Shown here in pieces: positions 47,801-53,545 of a stretch of DNA of 64,000 bases (the first letter of the stretch is position 1; the number at the start of each line of letters is the position of its first letter). This DNA is from Candidatus Pacearchaeota archaeon (GTDB taxonomy: Archaea; Nanobdellota; Nanobdellia; Pacearchaeales; GW2011-AR1). Position numbers and translations under genes: made by a program. The DNA is taken from positions 45-64,044 of the forward strand of contig JACPHA010000005.1 of assembly GCA_016188825.1 (NCBI GenBank). The letters run 5' to 3'. The notes below the pieces were generated by a model. That model worked only from the letters and a program-made list of their open reading frames with translations. It made no database searches and was not told the DNA's origin.

Positions 47801-49245
47801 ATATTTCTACACAAGCCAATTTTAATGGTAATAATAATATTGTTTTCTTGAATTTGACCGGGCTTAATAAATCCAGAATAATTACTGATCCGAGCTCCAG
47901 CGGGAGTTTTAAAGTTAAATGGTATTTGACAATTAATGTTACAGATTCTGTAAGCAATGGAGAAGTAAGCGGGGCAGACGTTAGAGTTTATAATAACTCT
48001 GGAGGTTTAGTTGCTAATGGTTTAACAGGAGCAAATGGTTTAACAACAAGATTCAATGTCACAGAATTCAGTAGAAACGGGACTGCTTTTATGTATGAAA
48101 CAAATTTGACAATTAATGTTTCTGCTGTTGGCTTTAATAATTTTACAGGAGAGCTTAATTTAACTAATAATACAGTTTATGATGTGAAATTAATTAAAAA
48201 TAGGGCTCCGACAGAACCAACACCAGAGATAAATTCAACAGACGGAAGCAACAGGACAAAACAAGATTTACATTGTTTTGATACAATAACTGATTTGGAT
48301 AAAGATAGATTAAATGTTACAGTTAAATGGTATAAGAATTCAGTTCAGTTTTTGGTTGTTGATTATAATAATAGCTTTGTTAATGGGAGTTTCTTTGATG
48401 CTGTGCTTGGACATGGAAACACAACAAAGGGAGAAAATTGGAGTTGTGCGATTAGATTATTTGATGGACAAGCGTATACAAACTTTGTAAATAGTTCGCA
48501 ATTGAAGATATTAAATACACCGCCGGTTGTTACACTTGATAGTCCTTCTAATGATTTTACAACAACAGATAGAACGCCGATGTTTAACTGGACAGCAAGC
48601 GATGATGATAATGATGTTTTGACGTTTGAATTGAATTTGAGCTGTTATTCTGGATGTTCAGTTGACAACAGGTATAACGGAACAATAACTGCTATAAGCC
48701 ATACTTTTCCGGGAGACTTGAAATATTTGTCTGATAAGGGTTTCTATTATAATTGGAGTGTTAGAGCTAATGATACTGAATCCTTGAGTGCGTGGACTTT
48801 AGAAAGAGTGATAAAAATTAATTCTTTTGTAGCTATAACATTAATCAGAGATTTAGTTGAATTTGGACCGATTGATTTTAAAGCATGGAACGATACAAGC
48901 GATGATTCGCCATTGCCTTTCTTGTTGGAAAACATCGGAAATGTTTTTGTTAATATAACCGGCGGGGCGACTAGTTTGTGGCAGACAATTGCAAATCCAA
49001 GCCAGTATTATCAGTTTAAGATTGATAATAATACACTTGCAAATAAGTCATTTAATTGGTTTTCTTCGAGGACGACATATACAAATATGCCGAGCAATGC
49101 AACTCCAATTTTTGCAATTGCAGAATTGAATTATACAGATGCGACAAATACAGCAGAAATCGATATTAATATTACAGTTCCGCCAAATGAGGGTTCCGGA
49201 GTAAGAAGCTCGACGATAACTTTCACGGCAGAGCTGGGAGAATAA
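35857..49245 (+). CDS. Giant (4,462 aa) N-terminally anchored surface protein with repeated right-handed beta-helix (PbH1/NosD-like) modules and a LamG-like domain
   Basis: Uninterrupted 13.4 kb ORF. The only in-frame start after the upstream TAA (35839-35841) is TTG 35857. In order: basic N-terminus; TM FFSYVFLALILLGGIIFIFL; Pro/Glu-rich spacer; a domain shared with the two HTH proteins (FEIIVITKAEHLD...); a Cys-rich domain; six modules containing ADNITLDGQGFNITGN and 22-residue N-rich repeats; a Laminin_G_3-like block; Ig-like domains. There is no C-terminal TM. Confidence 0.9.
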   Translation: MSYTLAHKKYTYKNGKRYGPYLYENKRVGNKVFTRYLGPAKEGKNYKINFRFFSYVFLALILLGGIIFIFLNVGEIFNLLLSPFVGEKPFLSIEDINYQRGEIIKGELKLNVKAGELIPSDSKLIINFGDIEKEFVLTELIDKETLDGDFYIEGNNLDGFGNGFGIVGEKEVFPEIEFELMILEAEKNVSEEIPAGGGVGEGEENETIEEKLMNETPKEPVEEQPQVPSGEIPSGEQPPEVPAEETPSGEVVEQPPIEAPPEEQPQKEIIEQPIEGEQPSESQPTESQPSEETSTEPSLSPEENIISGIVTKGNDFVYELSEGKTAKIIEGSIKINDTQLADSNLILRIEDNKVIISTEYSIKEKGFGEEFLGDERVEFLSIDLDELGFVVENDSVLKAKLVYEEQTLAEAEEEIIIEEKIEKNITVPIENQTITNITILENITIENVTQLTAVLGQSVKWVKYVDASDSGNISIELPKSAEKIDVKKVKKEKKGDKEEETEEEEKIEGVIEENITEEKIEGVENQTAEEVINKSFSEEVIEKEEGNVSEEEVALSPPEAGFSDFIEEELEDRKEITVEVSPAEIGKVVIEVIYETPAPYAVEEDTTRGKKVKIIGPKDVHYENVLAFTNLSENLGIINPSSIKIYWVENNSYIYPENVSDTNSNGIYDYVSWTILRLSNQTFEIIVITKAEHLDENRTVISDIYDSMKELDGIWSEEIPDKHYVRVKFEIPLDNKRDITIYPRAASGNPKIEIYEINGTEKIAEFSSLVDNEYNKVYLTSLQNSQDTFDLLVLGGSVEFEHIIDPSASPGNGIDLRPQACGLQKRQPSQNLFENDCNNENYPYLSNATYPSNCGITGDRLSCDDGIVHGSLTDQRDEFAGVNITSFNQTITDCINIEQVFLCYEFWQQQGERAHTCTVGVDANGDASWSDTSITCSVSEPGVTCTDVTASEPWECSNFFGPSGTRALARAQAKRGQGASGNNTWYFDVLFFNVTYSNNTDLTSCRDLNEAGETYKVINNINALGTCFKINADNITLDGQGFNITGNRIGDGVNFTGRLNITIKNLNIYNFSRGIYFDKTNDSFILDNAIRNNSNEGIRLFLLSFNNVIKNNIVSGNQQDGIIIISASKNNTIENNTVNNNNHGIRLSSASGNQLINNRVKSHSSNGIYVLSSNGNTLINNTIELSNFNELSVEASSDNLINGGIINNSNSGQNALFISGSSSRNNTFNNITITNTDTRDYDINFATAGINETYLIDMPHIGNYSFAGAGGIVIFRNSQFGEIRFLQTINGTGTNLTRDVRIRNNSAVVESGINKGLNKSANLTLYGIGNRGFSIPTILRDSSICPSNICYNFTALNATNVIFNVTYWTNYSIGGEIGFEANLDSCDTLGVANTYYRIINNISTQGTCFTITADNITLDGQGFNITGNRIGDGVNVTGRLNITIKNLNIYNFSRGIYFDKTNDSLVFNNTANNNSGFFGYGIHLLFSNNNTIENNTLKSNAIGISVNSFSTNNALVRNILVSNNLLGLGKGISIGGSSGKNIIEENIANLNIEGISISTAGNQLINNTMNSNSVIGIGLTSASNNIISGGIINNSGGNSIRLSQVSTRNNTFNNVTIINTNKSFYDIFVTAGINETYLIDMPHIGNYSFTGAGGIVIFKNSQFGEIRFLQPINGTGTNLTRDVRIFNNSVVVRSDLNIGLNKSANITLYGIGNRGFTKPLLIRDNASCGNICYNFTDLNATNVIFNVTYWTNYSIGGEITSSTPPYVILKKPDNNSLFGLGVFNIILNATVFDINNDAIDVFIYGVNSTDTTNFYNYLLHKQLNVSNGSTITYNFTALPVDKNSAGLRVLYHFDNLSQYQESEAKSYDFSGNNNNGTWFNGPVYNTSREGSKFGYAAQLDGIDDFIERSSALGITNYPFTFSAWVRKNNDSGTKGTIISFGESLSSNIYYGLRINESGQAEIYAAGSGPEGKIGGSADLRGAWHHVAGVFIKNTAKELYVDGKFVESLNTTTNFFTVNRFAVGRKAGPVPLEFFNGTIDEVAVWNRALSADEIVNLYRLKAGKYYWKVNVSDGLLSNESETREFIVESLGLTINFPENKTYRIGLPLVFNVTLDKDGSEVRYSLDNGVNNKTMSSTDSRTYNATNSSIADGTYTFRVYAKDAYGNINETEKVTFVFENTEIDSCRDLDLNDTVYLLKSDVSSSGNCFVIEASNITLDGQGRRISGSGISFGISASDGKRDITIKNVNITNFAYGIRFYRAFGEIGSINSLIFNNSVYNNQIGIDIGDTNNTIIKENLFRNNTNEGVSLFYSHNNTIQKNIIVMNTNGVVFSSSSGNVIEGNTLSNNSQYGINLQSSSSNNQIINNTANSNGQRGMYISSSSNNLFTNNNLNSNGFFGISLDSGASHNVFRGGLVNGSQGDAIRITTSSTFNNTFNNITITNTDTGDYDINFATASINETYLIDMPHIGNYSFAGAGGIVIFKNSQFGEIRFLKPINGTGNNLTNHVRISDNLAVVESGINKGLNKTANITLYGIGERGFIGPYILRDEAICQSNVCYNFTALNETNVIFNVSYWTEYEIGYTDDLDSCRTLGVANTYYRIINNISTQGTCFTITADNITLDGQGFNVTGNKSGDGVSATGRTNITIKNLNIGNFSRGIFFTTTSNSLIFNNTLFNNTQYGIRLVSTSNNNRLTNNTISSNSLNGIRIEGSQSNTIYGGIATGSGENSIHLTGNSDNNTLNNIQITNTNSSFYDINFASGAVDLIYLIDMPYIGNYSFNSVDFIIFRNSQFGEIKFFQPITASGNNLTNEVRIGNNSAIVESGINNGLNRSANVTLYGIGERGLFGPLILRDDVKCPSNICYNFTALNETNVIFNVSYWTNYSIGINTVLSSCGALNNPNRYHKVINNINASGTCFTITADNITLDGQGFNVTGNTTGDGVSATGRTNITVKNINIVNFTSGIYFSGTNYSFVLNNSIRNNTDSGIYFISSNNNTIEDNLGSGNVPLTFSSGIYLTTSNGNNIRNNRFNLNKNGITLSSNANNNQIINNTANNNSQYGIYLQSSSSNNIINNLANNNSQYGIYLQSSSNNQIINNTANSNSINGLLMLLSSNNNQIINNTANSNSINGLLISSSSNNLFTNNNLNSNGFFGISLDSGASHNVFRGGLVNGSQGDAISTRDYDINFAIASINETYLIDMPHIGNYSFAGAGGTVIFRNSQFGEIRFLQTINGTGNNLTRDVRILNNSAVVRSDLNIGLNKSANITLYGIGNRGFIGPYILRDSAICPSNICYNFTLLTADIVIFNVTSWTKYEIGFEANLDSCDTLGVANTYYRIINNISTQGTCFTITADNITLDGQGNIINSTGTGDGVNSVSTSNITVKNININNFSRGIFFDRVNNSNVLYSNITNNTQNGFELSNGYGNTIQNNSFDNNFQSGIYLQSGSRNNNLIKNVGTRNNHGIRLFGSSNNNLTENRVIANSIGLLIFSDSDNNRLSSNIANDNGDGIRIDLNSDNNQLLNNTANNNSLGINVRSNSNNNSVENGSLNMNNNTLLINAVTDLLVRGGTINGSRQDAITIKGLGTRNITLDNIKITNTNLSKYDLFFESAGINETYLIDMPHIGNYSFAGAGGTVIVKNSQFGEIRFLQSVNGTGNNLTRDVRILNNSATVRSDLNSGLNKSANITLYGIGERGFVNPTLFRDGIKCPAGICYNFTSLTAENVSLNVTYWTNYSIGDEPCVPPANENWNITANITCENKVIRVARDKNVNVNNGGSLSLVNSSLLMNLTVNGGGNITVFIGGKMNITKGSNITTGQTDKSFEFNFKVGNGIDLNAGFYMSDSFLSEVGLNMQGLEIYVPVNLTNNTFDVRSIVLGGILTDGSIIENNTIVSSRTSISIGRSRNTKILGNKFNSQRSCIGVSIGSDFLIMRENNFICLDGDAMPVASPGMIIERNIFSNVVGGAFHLADVAPSANITDNVILNANTHISTQANFNGNNNIVFLNLTGLNKSRIITDPSSSGSFKVKWYLTINVTDSVSNGEVSGADVRVYNNSGGLVANGLTGANGLTTRFNVTEFSRNGTAFMYETNLTINVSAVGFNNFTGELNLTNNTVYDVKLIKNRAPTEPTPEINSTDGSNRTKQDLHCFDTITDLDKDRLNVTVKWYKNSVQFLVVDYNNSFVNGSFFDAVLGHGNTTKGENWSCAIRLFDGQAYTNFVNSSQLKILNTPPVVTLDSPSNDFTTTDRTPMFNWTASDDDNDVLTFELNLSCYSGCSVDNRYNGTITAISHTFPGDLKYLSDKGFYYNWSVRANDTESLSAWTLERVIKINSFVAITLIRDLVEFGPIDFKAWNDTSDDSPLPFLLENIGNVFVNITGGATSLWQTIANPSQYYQFKIDNNTLANKSFNWFSSRTTYTNMPSNATPIFAIAELNYTDATNTAEIDINITVPPNEGSGVRSSTITFTAELGE
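36505..36770 (+). repeat. Pro/Glu/Gln-rich low-complexity spacer in the giant protein
   Basis: EEQPQVPSGEIPSGEQPPEVPAEETPSGEVVEQPPIEAPPEEQPQKEIIEQPIEGEQPSESQPTESQPSEETSTEPS. Confidence 0.85.
41396..42035 (+). other. LamG / concanavalin-A-like lectin domain in the giant protein
   Basis: LRVLYHFDN...DFSGNNNNG...LDGIDDFIE...FTFSAWVR...WHHVAGVF...LYVDG...FNGTIDEVAVWNRALSADEI is the typical Laminin_G_3 motif order. Confidence 0.7.
44980..45257 (+). repeat. Four near-identical 66-72 bp tandem units (22-24 aa beta-helix coils)
   Basis: Units at ~44980-45050, 45051-45116, 45117-45185 and 45186-45257, encoding NNQIINNTANNNSQYGIYLQSSS / NNIINNLANNNSQYGIYLQSSS / NNQIINNTANSNSINGLLMLLSS / NNNQIINNTANSNSINGLLISSSS. 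Confidence 0.9.
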
Positions 49246-49542
49246 GATGGAAAATATAATTGGTATGATAATGGAAAGAAGGAAAGGGAATAAGATGATC
49301 AATGCAAGAGAGTTAGCTATCAACAAAAAATTAGCGAAGGAGGCGGTTATGACAAAATTGACTAAACAAATTAATTACAGAGAAGATGATAATAAGGAAT
49401 ACATAGTAACTAGACCCGTCAATCCTACTAACCGTCTCAATGGACGGGATTCGTCAGGGTCCTTTCCTCTAGTCCCGCTTGAGAATGCTTTTGGAGTTTA
49501 TAAATTTTGCAATGGGTTGAAAAAAGAGGGAAAAAGCCAGAC

Positions 49543-49989
49543 TTATTCGTTGGAAGATAAAAGTCTTAGCAAGTCTTCTGTTGAAAATACTTTTATCTTG
49601 GATTGTTTTTTAAAAGCTTTTTCATCTGACCAAATTGGAATGTTTCTTGCCAACGCCAGAGCAAAATATGGATCATCTCTTGGTGAGTCTATATGCGGAG
49701 GGATGGTGTGTGCTTCAGCTAGGAAATCTTCATATTCTTCTTCTGAGAAAAAGATTATTTCGCTTCTTAGTGTAAAAAAGATAAATTCAAAATCAGCTAT
49801 TGATACACCACCGAACTTTATTATTTTCTCTTTTGCAAAGTATAATTCTTCTAATACAAATTGCGGAGAAAGAATTTTACAATTATTATCTAATAAGTCT
49901 TTAGTTACTTGTCTCCTAACAGAATTCGATTTAAAAAATGAGAATAATATGTTGGCATCAACTACTAAAATTTTTGGCAGTTTTACCAT
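49543..49989 (-). CDS. vapC: PIN-domain ribonuclease (VapC-like toxin)
   Basis: 148 aa. ILVVDANILFSFF (first acidic residue), SPQFVLEEL, DDPYFALALARNIPIWSDEKAF (distal acidic residues). Size and motif order are typical for a PIN domain. Confidence 0.8.
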   Translation of the reverse strand: MVKLPKILVVDANILFSFFKSNSVRRQVTKDLLDNNCKILSPQFVLEELYFAKEKIIKFGGVSIADFEFIFFTLRSEIIFFSEEEYEDFLAEAHTIPPHIDSPRDDPYFALALARNIPIWSDEKAFKKQSKIKVFSTEDLLRLLSSNE

Positions 49990-49992
49990 TTT

Positions 49993-50202
49993 TTATAAAC
50001 CGTGTCTTTTCGCAACCCTTTCTTTAAGTTCTTTTGACAATTCCCATATTTGTTCATCTGTTAATTTTGATTTTGACATGATTTCGTCTAATACGGCAAA
50101 TCTTATACTTCTTTCAAATTGTTTCATCACTCTAGTTAAAACTATTTCAAATTTCTTTTTCAATTCCTTAGGAACTTCAACTTTAACAACAATTTCAGCC
50201 AT
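49993..50202 (-). CDS. Small antitoxin-like protein upstream of the PIN gene
   Basis: 69 aa. Its stop lies 3 nt before the PIN start. The C-terminal SKSKLTDEQIWELSKELKERVAKRHG resembles small archaeal PIN partners. Confidence 0.6.
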   Translation of the reverse strand: MAEIVVKVEVPKELKKKFEIVLTRVMKQFERSIRFAVLDEIMSKSKLTDEQIWELSKELKERVAKRHGL

Positions 50203-50252
50203 AGAAAATAGTTATATTAATGGATATAAAAAACTATCGGAGATTATAAAGA

Positions 50253-50759
50253 ATGATAAATAAAAAATATTTAGTTTTCGGAATTGACTTGATTTTGGTA
50301 GTTGGAAGCTTTTTGGTTATTTGGAGTGTTTATAATTATTCACAGCCGGTTTTGCTTTCTCCTCCTGATGAACTTGTTACCACAGAAAATGCGGTCCTGT
50401 TTGAGTTTGACAAGGCAGGAGTTATTTTAATAGACGATAATGTTGATTTTACTTCTCCTCAAGAGATTTATGCAGAGAATAATTTGGTGGTAAATCTGAA
50501 ACCTGGAGTTTATTATTGGAAGGTTAAGGGTGCTGTCGAAAGTGAAATAAGGCAGTTTACCATAAAATCAGCAGTGGAGCTGAAATTGAAAAGAACAGAG
50601 ACAGGAGATGGCTACAGGGTTGTTAACGCAGGCAATACAAGATTGAATGTTGATGTTTATGAGAAAGGAGAATATGTGGATAGCGTTGTTTTGAAAATTG
50701 ACGAGGAAAAAGAAGTTTCAGGAACTACTTTTATAGGAGAGGAGGAAGAAAATGGATAA
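50253..50759 (+). CDS. N-terminally anchored small surface protein
   Basis: 168 aa. TM LVFGIDLILVVGSFLVIWSV is followed by a beta-rich domain. 8 nt overlap with the next gene. Confidence 0.6.
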   Translation: MINKKYLVFGIDLILVVGSFLVIWSVYNYSQPVLLSPPDELVTTENAVLFEFDKAGVILIDDNVDFTSPQEIYAENNLVVNLKPGVYYWKVKGAVESEIRQFTIKSAVELKLKRTETGDGYRVVNAGNTRLNVDVYEKGEYVDSVVLKIDEEKEVSGTTFIGEEEENG

Positions 50760-51951
50760 AAAATTATTTTTGATAGTTTTATTTGTAGGAATAGTTTTGT
50801 TAAATATCAGCAATACAATGGCTTTGGGAATAGCACCGGGCAGAAGCACATTTGATTATTCTCCAGGCGAACAGAAAAAAGTTGATTTTACAATTGTTAA
50901 TACTGACAAGAGAGATTTAAGTTTGGTTATTTTTACGCAGGGGGAGTTTAATAATTCAATTGCATTGTCTGAAGTTTTTGTTAAGATGAGCGCAAATGAG
51001 GAAAGCAAAACTCTGAGCTATACTTTTACAATGCCTTCGGTTTTATCACCCGGATTGCACAAGGGAGAGATTGTTGTTTTGCAGCTGCCTGAAAAGAGCG
51101 GGAGCAGTGAAACATTTGTTGGAGCAACAGTGGGGGTTATAACACAGCTTTATGTTTATGTTCCTTATCCTGGGAAATATGCAGAATCAGAGTTGGATGT
51201 TATTGGCCCTGAAAATGACGGCAAGATAACTTTTGTCATGCCTGTTACCAGCAGGGGAGAATTGGATATTGCGAGAGTCAGAGGGACAATTGATATTTAT
51301 AGCGTTTTGAATGAGAAAGTTGCGACTTTGACGACGAATGAGATTCCTTTGGCCAGCAAGCAAAGAGCAGAAATAGCGGCTGTTTGGGAACCGAAAGTTG
51401 CGCCCGGGCCGTATAGAGCAGTTGCAACAGTTTTGTATGACGAGCAAACATTGACAGTTGAAAAGAAATTTAATGTTGGCAAGAAAAGTTTAGTTGTAGA
51501 GGGAATTGAAGTAAATGATTTTTCTCTTGGCGAGATAGCCAAGTTTGAAGTTCTCATAAAAAATGAGTGGAGTGATGAGATTCAGGGAGCATACTCGGAA
51601 ATAATTGTTTATAATCAAGAAGGAAAAGTAATGGCTACTTTCAAATCGCCGACATATGATATCCCGCCGTTGGAAAAAAGCTTGATGGTTTCGTTCTGGG
51701 ATACAGAAGGAGTGAGGAAAGGAACTTATGAATCATCGCTATTTTTGAAATATGGCGACAGCGCAGACAGAAAAGATTTGAAATTTGAGATTGCAGATAA
51801 ATCAATTAAGATAATTGGAGCAGGATATGTAATAGAAGAAATAGCACGAGGCGATAACACAGTTAAAATTTTGATTGGCGTTATAGTGTTTTTAATTTTA
51901 ATTAACTTGAGCTGGTTTATTTTCTTGAGGAAGAAATTTGTGAAGAAGTGA
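50752..51951 (+). CDS. Surface protein, beta-sandwich repeats with C-terminal TM anchor
   Basis: 399 aa. Signal peptide, GIAPGRSTFDYSPGEQKKVDFTIVN, a PYPGKYAE motif, and C-terminal TM ILIGVIVFLILINLSWFIFL followed by RKKFVKK. Paralog of 53863..55041. Confidence 0.75.
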   Translation: MDKKLFLIVLFVGIVLLNISNTMALGIAPGRSTFDYSPGEQKKVDFTIVNTDKRDLSLVIFTQGEFNNSIALSEVFVKMSANEESKTLSYTFTMPSVLSPGLHKGEIVVLQLPEKSGSSETFVGATVGVITQLYVYVPYPGKYAESELDVIGPENDGKITFVMPVTSRGELDIARVRGTIDIYSVLNEKVATLTTNEIPLASKQRAEIAAVWEPKVAPGPYRAVATVLYDEQTLTVEKKFNVGKKSLVVEGIEVNDFSLGEIAKFEVLIKNEWSDEIQGAYSEIIVYNQEGKVMATFKSPTYDIPPLEKSLMVSFWDTEGVRKGTYESSLFLKYGDSADRKDLKFEIADKSIKIIGAGYVIEEIARGDNTVKILIGVIVFLILINLSWFIFLRKKFVKK

Positions 51952-52019
51952 TTTATTTTTAGCAATAATTTTTGTCGAAGATTGTATTAATAATATAAGA
52001 GGACAATATTTAAGATATA

Positions 52020-52167
52020 GATAATTCCGATAATTATGTCACCCTTCTCTTCGGAATTCTCTAACGTCAAGAATCTCCGATTCTTGAGCGTATTCAAGAA
52101 CCCGAATCCGTAAGGGTTCTTGATGTAAGACAATTCCCAAAAATTTAACTTATTTAAGGGAATTGTC
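52020..52167. repeat. Intergenic triple-hairpin element related to the 12.6/30.7 kb repeat
   Basis: TCAAGAATC (52067-52075) / GATTCTTGA (52079-52087). TCAAGAACCC (52094-52103) / GGGTTCTTGA (52114-52123). GACAATTCCC (52129-52138) / GGGAATTGTC (52158-52167) with a 19 nt loop, as in copies A and B. Confidence 0.7.
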
Positions 52168-52437
52168 CATAGTTGATATAAGAAGAGAGTTAATTATTAA
52201 TAAATAAATAGATAGCGAGATTATTGTATCTGACGATTGAGTGAATCATAATTTATCATTAAGATTTTTTCGATTTAATTTAAGATTATCTGACAATAAA
52301 TTTAGAGAGTGATTATTTTTCTGTTCAATTATTTTCTTATAAAAAGTAGTAAAGAAAACATTGCGAGCGAAGACAGAAAGATTTATAAAGAAAACAATTT
52401 TTGTATTAGATAATTATTTAATGAGGTAAAAAAGAGG

Positions 52438-52647
52438 ATGAATACGCAACAAGTGATTATCGTGTTGTTGGTTATTGCGATTATTTTTTCTGTAGTTTCG
52501 ATTGTTTTGAATTTGTGGATGAATAGCAGCTTTATTCCTTTGGAAGTTGGTGTTAGGAGAGAAGTAAGAAATATAAATACAATAGTTGATAACGCAGGAC
52601 CGAGTGAAGGAAATGTTGGAGTAACTATAGTGGGGGGTGGAGCATGA
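52438..52647 (+). CDS. Small membrane protein
   Basis: 69 aa with N-terminal TM VIIVLLVIAIIFSVVSIVLNLW. ATGA overlap with the next gene. Confidence 0.45.
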   Translation: MNTQQVIIVLLVIAIIFSVVSIVLNLWMNSSFIPLEVGVRREVRNINTIVDNAGPSEGNVGVTIVGGGA

Positions 52648-53363
52648 GTTCCGACAATGTTTTATTGACACTTGCATTTTTGGCAGTTGCAGTTTCTGTA
52701 GTTGGTGCAGGCTATTCTTTGTGGACAGTTGCTAATTTTAATGATTGGCTGGTTGGATTGTCTCCGGGCGCTACGACGAATCAAACCATAGCAACAGTTA
52801 ATATTACAATTGTGCAGAACCTTGCTATTGAATTTACAAGAGATGTTATTAATTGGGGAAATGGAAGCGTGGCTTCTGCGCAGACAAACGCAAATTTAAC
52901 ATCCGAGGGGCAATTTGACAGGTGGGCTAATCTGACACCCGCAAATGTTACTAGTGGTTTTGTGCTGGAAAACGTGGGAAATATTAATGGTAGCTTATAT
53001 GTGCGCACAGAAAAAAACGCAACTAACTTTTTCTTTGGCCCTAGCGGACCAATAGGTTTAGGCGAAGTGGCATATCAATACAAAGTTAGAAGTTGCAATA
53101 CACTAAGCGGAGTAATAAACTGTACTGTGACTGGACGAGTGGATGACACAGCCGACTCCTGTGGCTTTAAAAACATTACTTTCGGAGTTTATGGAGATGT
53201 TAATGCTGCGACAACTGCTTTAGGCGATTTGGTGTGCACAAACTTTGGTTTTGGTCCAGAAACAGCAGATGCATTGAGAATAGATGTTTTGATAACTGTT
53301 CCATTTAGCGCGGCGGGTACAAAAGGAGATAGAATGATAGCTACAGCCGAGAGGCAGCCATAA
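52644..53363 (+). CDS. Secreted protein with TasA/SipW-type-like N-terminus
   Basis: 239 aa. LLTLAFLAVAVSVVGAGYSLWTVANFNDW resembles the SipW-cognate signal region of TasA (..GGGTWAAFND). GFVLENVGNINGSL and INWGNGSV patterns are shared with the C-terminal domains of the 311/312 aa proteins. Its G+C is noticeably higher than its neighbours. Confidence 0.6.
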   Translation: MSSDNVLLTLAFLAVAVSVVGAGYSLWTVANFNDWLVGLSPGATTNQTIATVNITIVQNLAIEFTRDVINWGNGSVASAQTNANLTSEGQFDRWANLTPANVTSGFVLENVGNINGSLYVRTEKNATNFFFGPSGPIGLGEVAYQYKVRSCNTLSGVINCTVTGRVDDTADSCGFKNITFGVYGDVNAATTALGDLVCTNFGFGPETADALRIDVLITVPFSAAGTKGDRMIATAERQP

Positions 53364-53370
53364 CTGTTTA

Positions 53371-53419
53371 TTTTCAAATTGGGTTTAATAGCCAGCAGCT
53401 TGCTGCTCCAATTTGGAAA
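53371..53419 (+). terminator. Long hairpin immediately after the 52644..53363 stop
   Basis: TTTTCAAATTGG (53371-53382) pairs with CCAATTTGGAAA (53408-53419), 12 bp with one G-U. An inner AGCAG/CTGCT stem is present. Confidence 0.35.
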
Positions 53420-53421
53420 TT

Positions 53422-53545
53422 AGAGATTGCTGGTCGCGAAACGAAAAATTTCGCGAGGAATATTCCGCCAGTTTGCTGTGGAGACAACGAATTTTTAGGC
53501 AATCTCTTTATTTTTCCCTAGTGCCCTGTGGTCTTGCCATGGGGG
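53422..53545. other. GC-rich structured intergenic segment (candidate small RNA or gene remnant)
   Basis: AGAGATTGC (53422-53430) / GCAATCTCT (53499-53507) encloses TCGCGAAA (53434-53441) / TTTCGCGA (53449-53456) and GGAATATTCC. It is followed by the GC-rich 53516-53545. No ORF of 60 aa or more on either strand. Confidence 0.3.

Noticed and set aside
16630-49245. A diversity-generating retroelement (template/variable repeat) as the explanation for the near-identical blocks in the surface genes.
   Set aside because: There is no reverse transcriptase ORF in the window. The mismatches between repeat copies are not adenine-specific: C/A, A/G, C/T and G/A changes are all seen in 19690-19930 vs 21228-21470. 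Gene conversion fits better.
49247-50263. A 338 aa plus-strand ORF following the giant gene.
   Set aside because: It runs antisense across the whole PIN/antitoxin pair, whose products have recognisable motifs. Its own translation is low-complexity (Ser/Asn/Phe/Leu-rich) with no motif. It is a typical shadow ORF of AT-rich DNA. Only its first ~95 codons (49247-49540) lie in otherwise unassigned DNA, and they show nothing recognisable.
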